Source: Nemertoderma westbladi | Taxonomy: Eukaryota > Animalia > Xenacoelomorpha | NCBI GenBank assembly: GCA_032718475.1 | Contig: JAUCBJ010003793.1 | Location: 1 to 39,149, forward strand | Length of the DNA stretch: 39,149 nucleotides | Direction of reading: 5' to 3' | Part shown: positions 20,048 to 32,851 of the stretch, piece by piece | Numbering within the stretch: the stretch's first letter is position 1 | Layout: each line of letters opens with the position of its first letter | The notes under the pieces: model-generated | Database searches by the model: none | Seen by the model: only the letters and a program-made list of their open reading frames with translations | What the model was told of the DNA's origin: nothing | Made by a program: the position numbers and the translations under genes

Positions 20048-22892
20048 GAGGGGGGTGGGGTGTTCTAGGGGGTGGTGGGTGTTCTAGGGGTTGGGGGTGT
20101 TCTAGGGGTTGGGGGTGTTCTCGGGGGTTGGGGGTGTTCTAGGGGGTTGAGGGTGTTCTAGAGGGTTTGGGGGTGTGTTCTAGGGGCTGAGGGGTGTACT
20201 AGAGGGTTGAGGGTGTTCTAGGAGGTTGAGGGTGTTCTAGGGGGTTGAGGGTGTTCTAGGGGATTGAGGGTGTTTTAGAGGGTTTGGGGGGTGTTCTAGG
20301 GTGTTTGGGGGGTGTTCCAGGGGGTTGGGGTGTTTTACAGGATGGGGGGTGTTCTAGGGGGTTGGGGTTCAGGGTGTTCTAGGGGGTTTGGGTGGGTGGT
20401 CTTCTAAGGAGTTGGGGGGGTGTTCTAGGGGATGGGGGTTGTTCTAGGGGGTAGAGGGTGTTCTAGGGGGTTGAGGGTGTTTTAGAGGGTTTGGGGGGTG
20501 TTCTAGGGTGTTTGGGGGGTGTTCCAGGGGGTTGGGGGTGTTTTACAGGATGGGGGGTGTTCTAGGGGGTTGCGGTTCAGGGTGTTCTAGGGGGTTTGGG
20601 GGGGTGGTGTTCTAAGGAGTTGGGGGGGGGTGTTCTAGGGGATGGGGGTTGTTCTAGGGGGTGAGAAGGGTGTTCTAGGGGGTTGAGGGTGTCTTAGAGG
20701 GTTTGGGGGGTGTTCTAGGGTGTTTGGGGGTGTTCTAGGGGGTTGAGGAGTGTTCTACAGGATGGGGGATGTTCTAGGGGGTTGGGGGGTGAGGGTGTTC
20801 TAGGAGGTTGAGGGTGTTCTTGGGGGTTGAGGGTGTTCTAACGGTTTGGGGGGGGGGGGTGTTATAAGGAGTTGGGGGTGGGTGTTCTAGGGGGTTGAGG
20901 GAGTTTGGGGGGGAGGTATTCTAGGGGGTTGGGGGGGGGGGGTGTTCTAGGGGATGGGGGTTGTTCTAGGTGGTTGAGGGGGTTTGGGGGGGAGGTGTTC
21001 TAGGGGGTGGGGGGGGGGGGTGTTCTAGGGGATGGGGGTTGTTCTAGGGGGTTGATGGTGTTCTAGGGGCTTGAAGGAGGTGTTATAGAGAGGTGGGGGG
21101 TGTTCGGGGGGTGTTCTAGAGGATGGGGGGGTGTTCTAGTGGGTTGAGGGTGTTCTAGGGGGTTGGGGGTGTTCTAGGGATTGAGGGTGTTCTAGGGGTT
21201 GAGGGTGTTCTAGGGGGTTGAGGGTGTTCTAGGCGGTTGAGGATGTTTTAGAGGGTTTGGAGGGTGTTCGGGGGTGTTCTAGAGGATGGGGGGGGGGGGT
21301 GGGGTGTTCTAGTGTGTTGAGGGTGTTCTAGAGGGTTGAGGGTGTTCTAGGGGGTTGAGAAGTGTTCTAGGGGGTTGAGGGTGTTCTAGGGGGTTGATGC
21401 TGTTTTAGAGGGTTTGGGGGGTGTTCTAGGGTGTTTGAGGGGTGTTCTAGGGGGTTGGGGGTGTTCTAGAGGATGGGGGGGGGGTGTTCTAGGGGGTTGG
21501 GGTTGAGGGTGTTCTAGGGGGTTGAGGGTGTTCTAGGGGGTTGAGGGTGTTTTAGGGGATGGGGTGTTCTAGAGGGTTAAGGGTGTTCTAGGGGGTTGAG
21601 GGTGTTCTAGGGGGTTGAGGGTGTTCTAGGCGGTTGAGGATGTTTTAGAGGGTTTGGGGGGTGTTCGGGAAGTGTTCTAGAGGATGGGGGGGGGGGGTGT
21701 GTTCTAGTGGGTTGAGGGTGTTCTAGAGGGTTGAGGGTGTTCTAGGGGTTAGGGTTTCTAGGGGGTTGAGAAGTGTTCTAGGGGGTTGAGGGTGTTCTAG
21801 GGGGTTGAGGGTGTTTTAGAGGGTTTGGGGGGTGTTCTAGGGTGTTTGGGAGTGTTACAGGGGGTTGGGGGTGTTCTAGAAGATGGGGGGTCTTCTAGGA
21901 GGTTGGGGTTGAGGGTGTTCTAGGGGGTTGAGTGTGTTCTAGGCGGTTGAGGATGTTTTAGAGGGTTTGGGGGGTGTTCGGGGGGTGTTCTAGAGGATTG
22001 GGGGGGGGGTGTTCTAGTGGGTTGAGGGTGTTCTAGAGGGTTGAGGTGTTCTAGGGGGTTGAGAAGTGTTCTAGGGGGTTGAGGGTGTTCTTGGGGTTGA
22101 GGGTGTTCTAGGGGGTTGATGGTGTTTTAGAGGGTTTGGGGGGTGTTCTAGGGTGTTTGGGGGGGGGGGGGTTCTAGGGGGTTGGGGGTGTTCTAGAGGA
22201 TGGGGGGTGTTCTAGGGGGTTGGGGTTGAGGGTTTTCTAAGTGGTTGAGGGTGTTCTAGGGGGTTGAGGGTGTTCTAGGGGGTTGATAGTGTTCTAGAGG
22301 GTTTGGGGGGGGGGGTGTTCTAGGGGGTTGATGGGGGTCTGGGGGGGGGGTGTTCTAGGGGGTTGGGCGGGCGGTTTTCTAGGGGATGGGGGTTGTTCTA
22401 GGGGGTTGAGGCTGTTCTGTGACGGGATCTGTGAGATCCCGACCGGGTTAGATTTGTACGCGTCACCGTTCTGCTGGGCAGTTATGCTAAGTCGCTTTGG
22501 CCGAAGGCCGTTGGGGAAAACAATAGAGTTTCTGTTTCTCAATATTGATAGTCCAAACGATAATAGCACAATCGGTAAATCGGTAATGACACAGATATAA
22601 TAGCAGAAAATACACAGATTAATTGCCGATGTTAGTGGTGGTGACGGTCATAAACTATGACCGGTCTGCAACTGAGTAACTAATGAACTGACCGGTAAAT
22701 CAGTAGTGCAGAATAATATATATGATTAACACACACGGATATTGATTTAACCTCCAGTTCTAGGGGGTTGAGGGTGTTCTAGGGGGTTGAGGGTGTTCTA
22801 GGGGGTAGAGGGTGTTCTAGAGGGTTTGGGGGGGGTGTTATAGGGTGTTTGGGGGGTGTTCTAAGGTGTTTGGGGGGTGTGTTCTAGGGGGG
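20048..22892. repeat. G-rich degenerate satellite, ~19-bp unit GGGTGTTCTAGGGGGTTGA, interrupted by an insertion at 22418-22756
   Basis: TGTTCTAG cores separated by G-runs throughout, with extreme G/C strand skew. The array resumes at 22757. Confidence 0.95.
22418..22756. mobile_element. Solo LTR (339 bp), probably Gypsy-type
   Basis: Begins TGTGAC and ends CCTCCA (TG...CA). Flanked by a 4-bp target-site duplication GTTC (22414-17 and 22757-60) inside a satellite unit TGTTCTAG. Confidence 0.8.
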
Positions 22893-24024
22893 TACGATAA
22901 AGATCATTGTAACAATAAAATTGAATAAATGTAAGGTGAATGCTTGTCGAACTGAAATGTAAAAAGTAAAACTTATGGAGCTGTAATGTTCACATTACAG
23001 CGTTGTAGCTGTAGGTGTTTAGTCTATCATATTAATATATTAATATCTTTTTATAATCCTTAACATGCTAAAATTATTGTGTAGGCCTACATTGAAAGTG
23101 GTTTGTTAGTATTTGATTCATTTTTACATCCGTTAATATTTTATTTATATTATACAGTATATTAACTCGTATAATTATACCCCCCCCCCCCCCCCCCCCC
23201 CCGGTGTATTTACTACTGTATGTATCAGATAATGCTGATGATAAACTGTATTATATAGGCCTTTATCAATTATAGTATTTACTGTTTTTATTATCTTATT
23301 TACTGTAGAACTGTTATCTGTATCGTAGATACCCGGCGGTATTGCTATGTGATCATAGTAATAGCCAGATAGCCTAGAACAATGATCAAAGAACCGGGGG
23401 AGACGAACAAATATCTCGATATTGAGTCGACGGAATATTCCAGTGCAAAGTGAATGATTTACAGTCAGTGTCCAGATTGTACTTATTATCTAAAAAAGCA
23501 TTGTATCGAATCTAAAACATTTGTACTGTAGTTAAATAGGTTTAACTGGTTAATACAATACCACACCGAATGTACGGTTCCGCCAAGATTTCATGACTGT
23601 TTGTTTAACAAAGTATGTATGCGGTTTTATGATCAATTGATCATTAACCCTTATCTGGTATTGGCTTTATTGCACTACCCGTCCTACTGTACAGTAGTTG
23701 TGAAGAGAATGTCAGACAAGTATTCAGAAACAGTATATAGCCTAAACCATTCACCATTAGGTTTAATATGTTGACATAATTATGTATACAGTGTAGTCGA
23801 ATTTTATGAACCAGGCACCAGGTGGTATATATACTTTATAGCACTGCACTAACAAACCGAACTATAGTGGTTACTGTAGGTCGAGTGTCAAATTTCTGAA
23901 TATTAGGATAGGCTATTAAATGAATTCCTAAAGGAATGATGAGTTTTATGTGAAATTAATAGGCATAATATTGTTCCCTAGCAATACTGCTTGCATTTGG
24001 TTATTATATTCGTTAACATTAAAT

Positions 24025-24240
24025 TTACCCCTATTAAGGGTGACTTTAATTTAAACAATTTAAATTATTAAATAATTTAAACAACGTTATTGCCACCCTT
24101 ACAAAGAACACATTATTTAAGCGAGACCTAAATTCATAAACATTATTATAACGCCGTTATTAAGGGACCCCTAAATTACTGAACAGCATTATAGTCACCC
24201 TTATTTAAGGGTGACGATTATTCATAAACAACGTTATATT
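24025..24240. repeat. Degenerate ~40-50-bp tandem repeat with palindromic core GTCACCCTTA-TT-TAAGGGTGAC
   Basis: Perfect 10-bp stem at 24194-24215. Related CCCTATTAAGGGTGAC / TTATTTAAGGG..TAAACAAC units at 24028, 24113, 24156, and again at 25051-25110 and 26361-26392. Confidence 0.65.
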
Positions 24241-24695
24241 ATTTTATTCTTTATATTATTTATAAACAACATTACTCTAAAAAATAAAAAAATTAAAAAA
24301 TTCAAAAATAATAAATAAATTCATTTATATAATTTTTCCTATCCTGTTGTTAATTGATTTATGTTATCACCCCATCTTTCGCGACCTTACTTACTTACTG
24401 ATTATGCACTTACATTTATTAAACTAGCTGTTTTAACGCGTGGAAATTAATTATTACTGTATTAGTCCGATTGTTAATTAAACCAATTTTGTAAATTAGT
24501 ATAAAGTTGTTGTGGTTTGTAGAATGTTTATCCTAATATCTTCGTTTAATTACTCTTATGTTTGTTTATTGTTTGATCATCAATTAATTTTATTATGATA
24601 ACTATTTACATATATTACAAAAGTTAAAAATAAATATACAGTTCAACACGGAAATAAAAATCTCACTCTATCATATCGCGATTAAAATTACAAAA

Positions 24696-24978
24696 GGTTC
24701 CACCTTGGTGTAGTGGTTGCATTGAATTCACATCTCCCGTAGGTCGTGGGTTCGATCCTCTCATAGGCCAGGGCAGTTTTCGTTTCGGCACGAATGCTTT
24801 CAAGGGACCAGCCAGGGCGCATCTCTGCCTTGCATCCTTAAGTGGTAGCTAAATGAGTACTGGAGTTTCCTCTGGGGAGAAAAGTTCTGGGGGGACCGCA
24901 CTGGAAATAAGTCGTCAGACTTTGTGCGTAATCCCTGGCCTAGTGGCCGAAGAAAATTTACTTTACTTTTACTTTTAC
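24696..24978 (+). mobile_element. Full-length tRNA-derived SINE
   Basis: A box TGGTGTAGTGG, B box GGTTCGATCC, central CTCTGCCTTGCATCC...TAAATGAGTAC core, LINE-like tail and (TTTAC)n end. TTACAAAA on both sides (24688-95, 24975-82) is a candidate TSD. Confidence 0.88.
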
Positions 24979-25110
24979 AAAAAGAAAGAAGGTCAATTTC
25001 TTTAATCTTGCGCGAAAATAAAAAAAATTAAATAAATTAAAAAAAAACAACTCTTATTTAAGGGTGACAGATATTATTAATTCCTAAACAACATGATATT
25101 CACTCTTATT

Positions 25111-26360
25111 TGTTTAATGTTTAATGTTTAATGTTTAATAGTTTGGGTATAAGAAAGCTAATGCTTATGGAACCCGTACACACCAAAAGAAGTCCAACTG
25201 AAAGTAATTATAACAGTACCGGTAAGTAATTAAGTATTGCGACCAATACCGACCATGTTTACGAAACAATGACAAAAACATATATAAAACAATTGAAACA
25301 TAAAAGGACGCAGTTAAATTAAAATAGTGTTCTTATAAAAATGGTTACTAATAAAATGTCTTGCTTGCTAAAGGGTTGAAGTGACGTCTATAAAATCACG
25401 AGTATACACAGCAAATTACATAACAGTCGATAAAGTCAGATACATACACTAAAAATTACAAATATACATTAGAATTACTAAACAAATTCAATAAAATGAC
25501 AGTCTATATAGTATCACGAGTATACACAGAAAGTTACATATCAGTCGATAAAATCGGATACAAGTATATCGGTTAGGGCTAATATCGATAGTTTAAGGGT
25601 TAAAATAAAATATAAAATTAATTTAAAATATCAGATAATCCATAGCTATAAAAACAGTACGGTATGTAAAATAGATCAAGACATTTGAACACTTAAATTT
25701 ACATGGATTAGCTAACACTACACGATGAGAAAATAAGTACACAGTTTAAGCTTTAAGGGTTAAAATAAAATATAAAATAAAATTAAAATATTCGATAAAA
25801 TCGTTGTATAGAAACAGTTTGGTATGTAGAACTGATGGATTTAATTAAAATAAAATATTGCATATGAATTGGATTATTTAAGAAATAACAGTTGCACCAT
25901 TTGGGTCTATTTAAAAATACGAACGATTGGTAAGAGATTATACTGTAAGTTACATAAAAATAAGTAGATCAAGTGAAAAATAAGTAGATAAGTAAAATAA
26001 GATAAAATGCGATAAAAATAAATATTGATGTGCGACTATAAAAAGAAAACAATTAAATATAACTAATGTGAGTTTGTGGAGAGGGGGGGGGGGGGGGGGT
26101 CATTGACTCTAAGTCTCGTTATTCGGACCACCAGGAGGGGGTAAATTTGAGCGGTAAGTTTTTGTAGTGGTTATTGAGTCTCGATTTGAATGCGTTAAGT
26201 GAGGGGGCGGTTACTACAGATTCGGATAAGGCGTTCCAGGGGTCAATGACACGGAAATGGAATGTTGCATTGCGTTGGAGGAGACGTGCGCGCGGTTTGT
26301 TTAGTTTAAGCGAATGGCCACGGAGGTTAGTTTCTGCGAGTGTGAGTGCGAGTCGAGTAG
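25111..26360 (-). mobile_element. 5'-truncated CR1-type LINE (ORF2 C-terminus, long 3' UTR, (TTAAACA)n tail)
   Basis: Minus strand 26358-26119 translates to TRLALTLAETNLRGHSLKLNKPRARLLQRNATFHFRVIDPWNALSESVVTAPSLNAFKSRLNNH..., the classic CR1 ORF2 end. (TGTTTAA)x4 at 25111-25138. Confidence 0.88.
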
Positions 26361-28007
26361 TTAAGGGAATACTAACTATTATAATTCCTAAATCATGTTG
26401 GTTTACTTCACAGCTTCAGTTTATATCTGTATATCCATCCTATTAATTACATATTACAGTATTATAGAAGTATGAGTATGGAGTACCAGTACATTACAGT
26501 ACTGCAGTACAGCAGTAGGCCTACGTACAGATATAATCTGATAGGCCTACTATAGGCCAGTAGGCTAGCCCAACAATTACTAATTATTCTGTTATTAGGC
26601 CTATTATTATTAATTATTAACAGATTAATTAATAAATTAAATAATTAATTTAGAAGAACCAACTGTCTGACTCCAGCCAGACTTAGAGTATCATGGTTAT
26701 TCCTGTAGGCTATTCATTTATTTCTGTATTTGGTGTTAAACATAACTTTACAGCTTTATGAACTGATGAATGCGCTAGAATGTTTATAATCCTACAATCG
26801 ACTGCGTTCTAAGTCTAAGGTGTACAGCATAATAAGCTGATAACTGGATAAGACTATCAATTACTGCAGGCCTGCAGGCGGAGATCCAGTACAGAAGTAC
26901 TGCCTTATCGGTATCAGCACTGCAGCAAGGTACCTCTTGGAGGGTAAGTTCAGAAGTTTTGTATTTACTGAATTATTGTACAATGGTTGTGGTTGCGTTA
27001 CGTTACCAGGCAGCAGGGTATATCCGTATAGTTTCAGGCTTTACGTTACTATGTTCCTGTCTGCCTGTATTCCAGTATTCCTTTATACTGTTATATGCAC
27101 AACCTGATTTACCAGTTCAGCAGTTTACACATAATCACATTACACCTGTAAACACATACTGACATACAGGTACCAGCATGCAGCAGCAGCATACACTTAC
27201 AGACTTACAGCTCACAGTTCTGCAGTTACACAGAATTATACTTATCAGCTAATTCTACTGACTGTTATTATATTATCCGGGTGGAGTGGAGTGGAGACAC
27301 CACTGTCATCTGGTCATAACAGCGTATTAACAAATGAAATAAAATTAAAACCAAAAATAGATAAAACTCACTAAACAATATAAAAACAAGACTGAAGACG
27401 GCTCACGCTATAACCTTATCGACAGACCCCTGGACCCGTACGCGTTCAGTAGGCTGGTCTGCTGGTTGACCTACAGACCTACATACACCGTGACGACGTG
27501 ATGTGGACGTGACCGCCAGTCTGGCACTTTATCAATATTGATATTGACATCTAGACATGTAGGCTATAGCTCAACAGCTACCGGTACCGACCGGCAGACT
27601 GGTAATTTCTCGACAGTATTTTTCCAATCGTGTTGTTGTGCCGACCTTGTTGTGCCGGCCTGTTGTGATTCCTTACCGGTCTCACAACATATTATAGACT
27701 CACCAAGCTGCCAAATATAAATGTCTGAATGTATTTGCACATCGACAGATAGACTTTCATCTCATGATTTGCTACAATTTTGTTATTTTGGGTCCTACGA
27801 ATTAGGCCTACCCCAAACAACAAAAATTACCCAAAATCACAAAAAAACACATAAAATTACACAAAAATACACAAATTTTCTTTTTCTTTACTTTTCCATT
27901 CACTCACACCGCTGCACTGCACTAGCTTTCCTTATTGGCAGTATACCACTGACTGTAATTTGTACTTGAATATAATCTGATAATATATATAATAATATTT
28001 AATAAAA

Positions 28008-29150
28008 TGGATATTGGCGGCGGATCACGGGTGAAATCATCGGCAAGACAATCAGTTGGTCTAACACAAAAGGGCGAATACTGTTTGATATCTTTCGCAG
28101 TCAAAGATCTTCCTGCTCACAATACGCGCTGCACTAAGAAATCAAATGAAAGGAAATCCCGGTATTGGTAGCTACTACTAAACCCAAATGGAATTCGATG
28201 AAGATCGAATGTTCAATTTGCCGAAATGTTTGGACTGAAGTTGAAATAAAAAGCCGAGAATCAACACAAATTACTGGAAAACCATTCCTATGTGGTTACT
28301 GATCAGCCACACAATTGGAGGTGCTTCAGAAAGCGAATGCCAGTGAAGAGAAATTAGAAAAAACTATTACAAGCCCAACAAACAAAGACAAAATCTTATA
28401 CTGATGTCTTACTAACCAATGTCCCTACAGCAATAGAACAAATACCAAATGTTAACGTGCCTCACTAGCAAAACAGCTGAGGCCCAAGGACCAAGAACAA
28501 ATGAACCGAAAAGGGAATATTGTTATATCCGGAGCCAAACCCCAACCGGATGATGTGAAGTTAGTTAAAGAATAGCCACATCTATTGGCATTACAGGGAT
28601 GACTTAACCATCAAATATAACAGTTAAACGAATTGGACGAACAAAGGAAAATGGTACCCAAAACCTTGTCGCAACCCTTCCAGATACTCAAAGAAATGAT
28701 ATGTTACGAGCCGAGCCGAGCAGCTCGTAAGCTAAGAGAATCACCAAACTTCCATGGTGTTTTCATATCATGCGATCTTTCTCCTGCTGAACAAAAACAC
28801 CAATACGAACTCAGAGTTACTCGGAGATTAAACTGGCTGAATCACCAGATACAACATGGGTCATTTACAATGATGCAGTACTCGACAAATCTATACAAAA
28901 CTACCACAAGCCTCGTTAATGGAAAGATGCAAAAACCACAACAATCTCGTAGAACAAGGTATACACCGACCGATTCAACCAATCGATTCAACAAAAACTA
29001 GTATGAATGTTGATCCTGTAGAACAGATCGATTGACTACATCAAAACCATCCAAAATCTGAAACAGGAAAACATAATAAATTCGGGTGTGGAAATGTTCA
29101 ATCTCTAAGGAATAAACTGTCAGAATTTCATTGTTACCTTGAACTAAACA
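28008..29150 (+). mobile_element. Decayed CR1/L2-group LINE 5' part (ORF1 remnant plus start of the AP endonuclease)
   Basis: DQEQMNRKGNIVISGAKP (~28490-28545) and RAARKLRESPNFHGVFISCDLSPAEQKHQYELR (~28717-28815) are ORF1 motifs. GNVQSLRNKLSEF (~29090-29130) is the APE N-terminal motif. Many stops and frameshifts. Confidence 0.75.
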
Positions 29151-29551
29151 CAAGGCAATTTTCAAAATATTACATATTTTGATATTATCGAAGTATTACA
29201 TTGTACACGACTGATCCCAGGCCTAGCCAGACTAGACCTATTGCTCATGCTCACCCATGCCATGTGTTGTCGTGCAATCCAGTGAGCTTAGTATAGAAGT
29301 TGAGAAGAGATGGAGACATCCCTTTTAGGGCCATGAGGGGAGGTCGCTATGGTATGACCATAATATGGAGAGTGGAGACAATGTAAAATCATCATTATTA
29401 TTATTAGTGATTTTATTTAATGTTTAGTACTAAATTTGATACAATATTTCGTGATATGTAATGGTGTCTCGAGCAGTTTTCGGGCTAATACCACTATCTA
29501 TGCAAATGTATGAGAAGGGGATTCAATGACGAACTGGTCGACTTATTATAT

Positions 29552-30029
29552 ATAATATATATTGGGGATCGCTTGAGGCTTGAGCTGATAATATATATTG
29601 GGGATCACTTGAGCGGATAATATATATTGGGGATCGCTTGAGCTGATAATATATATTGGGGATCACTTGAGCTGATAATATATATTGGGGATCACTTGAG
29701 CTGATAATATATATTGGGGATCGCTTGAGCTGATAATATATATTGGGGATCGCTTGAGCTGATAATATATATTGGGGATCGCTTGAGCTGATAATATATA
29801 TTGGGGATCGCTTGAGCTGATAATATATATTGGGGATCGCTTGAGCTGATAATATATATTGGGGATCACTTGAGCTGATAATATATATTGGGGATCGCTT
29901 GAGCTGATAATATATATTGGGGATCGCTTGAGCTGATAATATATATTGGGGATCGCTTGAGCTGATAATATATATTGGGGATCGCTTGAGCTGATAATAT
30001 ATATTGGGGATCGCTTGAGCTGATAATAT
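29552..30029. repeat. 29-bp minisatellite (GAGCTGATAATATATATTGGGGATCGCTT), about 16 copies
   Basis: Period 29 (GAGC at 29582, 29611, ...). Confidence 0.97.
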
Positions 30030-30820
30030 TGCGGAGGACAGTGGCGGCTACACTTTTGTACCATATTTGTTCTGCAGTTTGGTGGAATGTCGTTAAATAG
30101 TTTGGTTTAAAGAAGTGCTCAAATAATTGAGTTCAGCTTATCGATGCTTATTACATGATGGTGTGAAGAAGGATTACTACATGTACCTCCTTATATTCGA
30201 TTGTTAATATTCGACTCTTGTTCAGACTACAGGTCTAGCTTGTCTCCGATCGCGCGGTTTCTGCTAATTGTTGTGACGTAGAGGGGTGGGCTGTTGAAGC
30301 AAACACAATCTGATTACGAGCTAAAAATATTCTGTAACGTGTGCTGTGCGCCTGTGCGGTGTGTGCATTTGACTAGACCGAATAGTTTATTGTTTTGGTT
30401 AGAATAATATATAACTCTAATCTACTTATTTCCCTTAATTGATAATTAAATTACCGTACCGGCGGTGGAAATATCCCTTCTTTTGTGCAGACAGGGGGAT
30501 TATTACGCTGTTTGTGGACTGGGCATTGGTGATTATATACATTGATAGATCGAGTTCTGAAATATGAAATGCCTTTAAAATGTTATCATTATGATTTGTG
30601 AAGATCCATCAAAACTATATCGTTCAATGCCAAATACCTTTATATTTCGTTTCAGACCAATTAACATTACAGACCGGATTATTGATTATCTAAACAGAAA
30701 CGGTGGCAATTTAATTCCAACGTTAATACCCGTGAGCTTTTGGTCGTACAATTACCCCACATAGGTACATACGGTACCTTTGAGTATTATTACACGGATG
30801 TACTATAGAGGAATTACGCC

Positions 30821-31015
30821 GTGCCGGTGCCAAACCAGTGCCGGTGCCAAACCAGTGCCGGTGCCAAACCAATGCCTGCCCCGCCCCAAACCAATGCCGG
30901 TGCCAAACCAGTGCCGGTGCCAAACCAATGCCTCTGCCAAACCAATGCCTGTGCCAAACCAATGCCTGCGCCCCAAACCAATGCCGGTGCCAAACCAATG
31001 CCTGTGCCAAACCAA
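30821..31015. repeat. 17-bp minisatellite (GTGCCGGTGCCAAACCA), about 11 copies
   Basis: CCAAACCA recurs about every 17 nt. It explains the six overlapping short ORFs here. Confidence 0.95.
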
Positions 31016-31454
31016 TTGACCAAATTTTGTGATCTGTAGAAATTTACTTACGACAGTCCAAACCTTTTATTTCAGTAAATTATTTATATATAAAACACCT
31101 AGTATTATTTTAGTTATTAATTGAAGTAGAGGTCTACCGCGTAGATATTGATTGGTCTCTATTTTAGGTACTGTCTGGGCTATTGGTTTGTGTTGTAGGT
31201 TAGGGTTTCTTGCTCACCCATGAACCACATAATTATATCAGTAATTGGACCCTGACCCTCTAAGTCTTAAGGATCTAATCTAAGAAATTTTGTGGAATTT
31301 CGGACATTATTACTGGCACTGCAACTATATGTGCGAAATTCCACGTTAAGTAAAATTAAAAAAAAATAGTTAAATAGTTTTTTATGACAAGTAATAACGT
31401 TTTTAATGTTTTTACTTGTGTCTGGCAGACGCACGAAAGCGAGAAATAAGAAGT

Positions 31455-31692
31455 GGCTACTGACCGGACCCATTGACCAGACCCTCTAAATACCGTAAAA
31501 GCTTTATATTTGATTTTAAATTTTGCTTGTGTATTATTTACCGGACCCTTATTACCACAATTAAGTAACCTGCATACTCCTGTATAATGTGTTAACTTTC
31601 GTTTATTGTTTTGGTTCCCCCAACACGCCTCTGTAACCTGCTCCTTTACTAACGCGGCCAATGGGTCCGGTCAACGTGTCCGGTCAGTAGCC
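31455..31692. mobile_element. MITE- or Helentron-like element with 30-bp imperfect inverted repeats
   Basis: GGCTACTGACCGGACCCATTGACCAGACCC (31455-31484) is inverted at GGGTCCGGTCAACGTGTCCGGTCAGTAGCC (31663-31692), with 3 mismatches. Confidence 0.7.
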
Positions 31693-32477
31693 TTTGCCGT
31701 ACTAAAAACTTAATTGTTGGCTGTTAAATTATTAACTTTTGTTTATAATTATAATATGATTTTTATCATCTTTAGTGGCGGTATGATTCCCGACAAAGGT
31801 GTTATTTTGTGTTAAATTTTGTTAGAAGGTATTACTTGTAGTACCGGAACGGGTGTACTTATTTACTTATTTAATAATCACTTTTTATTTGAGCTGTTAA
31901 ACTTTATTTTCCTCGATAAGTTAATTAAAGTTGTTTTATTAAGTTTTCCCATTCACTTATATCTTTCTTACCATATTTACGTTTTATTTTTAGGCTCAAC
32001 GATTTGAGTTATATGAAATCTTTCAACCATATGTTTATCAGTGGATTGGTTATCTTTCTCTATCTTCTACTTAAACCGTCATACTTACTAGATCGCGTAT
32101 AATTGTCTTTGTTGTTGTGTAAATTATATATCTATTCCAGTGCGAAGGTTAGTCAATTAAGTTATATAAAATGTATGAAACTGAATTTTCTTATCGCGCA
32201 GTAAATGCCCAGCCGTCCGTAGAAAGGACCTTATTATTGGAAATAAGCTGGGAACCTTTAGGGTTATTTCGATATGTTACGTTGGACACAAAGAGGGGGG
32301 GGGGGGGGGGGGGCTCTGAACAATAGCTCATCCCACTCCAGGGGAAACCGACGTAAAGAACAGCTGATTACTTTCAACAATATAACTAATCTGAATATGT
32401 AATAACGAACTGCATATAAAATGTTTCTGACGGAAATTCCATACATTAAAGCCCGGTTCACCGATTTGGGGGTGGCA

Positions 32478-32642
32478 CTGTGACACCGCTGTGACACTAG
32501 TGTGACACCCTGTGACACCGCTGTGACACACTGTGACACCGCTGTGACACACTGTGACACCCTGTGACACTCTATGACACCGCTGTGACACGCTGTGACA
32601 CCGCTGTGACACTGTGTGACACGCTGTGACACCGCAGTGACA
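32478..32642. repeat. 10-11-bp minisatellite (CTGTGACACCG), possibly internal to a DNA transposon starting at TAA|AGCCCGGTTCAC (~32450)
   Basis: TGTGACAC is repeated about 15 times. The upstream AGCCCGGTTCAC resembles PIF/Harbinger termini, but I found no matching right end. Confidence 0.85.
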
Positions 32643-32851
32643 GCTGTTGCTGTGAAATTGCAATGTTGGTCAATTACAGCTTTTCTGTTTTTGGTAACAA
32701 CAGCAAGGCAAGGCGATGGCAGCGCTGTCAAAATCCGTTGAAAATGCGACGCAAAACAACCGCTCTGTCACCCGGAAGCGTAACGAATGTTTTTGGTTGC
32801 TATGGTAATAAGAGAACACCTGATTGGTTGGAAAATTATGTCGGGCGGCAA

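Noticed and set aside
21745-21760. TTAGGG as an interstitial telomere
   Set aside because: It is a single occurrence within the G-rich satellite, not a tandem telomeric tract.
22294-22600. Pro-rich and Gly-rich ORFs
   Set aside because: They straddle the G-rich satellite and the solo LTR, so they are compositional artefacts.
26174-26446. + strand 90-aa ORF
   Set aside because: It is the antisense shadow of the minus-strand CR1 ORF2 remnant.
30250-30365. Promoter-like patch (TGACGTA, GGGGTGGG, CpG-richer)
   Set aside because: Only short motifs are present, and no linked exon could be identified.
29663-32731. Repetitive ORFs at 29663-30064, 30723-31039 and 32264-32731
   Set aside because: They are translations of the 29-, 17- and 11-bp minisatellites. 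I found no splice-junction anchoring for these arrays.
32772-32830. RFX X-box-like GTTGCTATGGTAAT plus ATTGG and CCGGAAG as a ciliary-gene promoter
   Set aside because: It lies 15 kb downstream of ODF3 and probably inside a repeat element; there is no TSS evidence.
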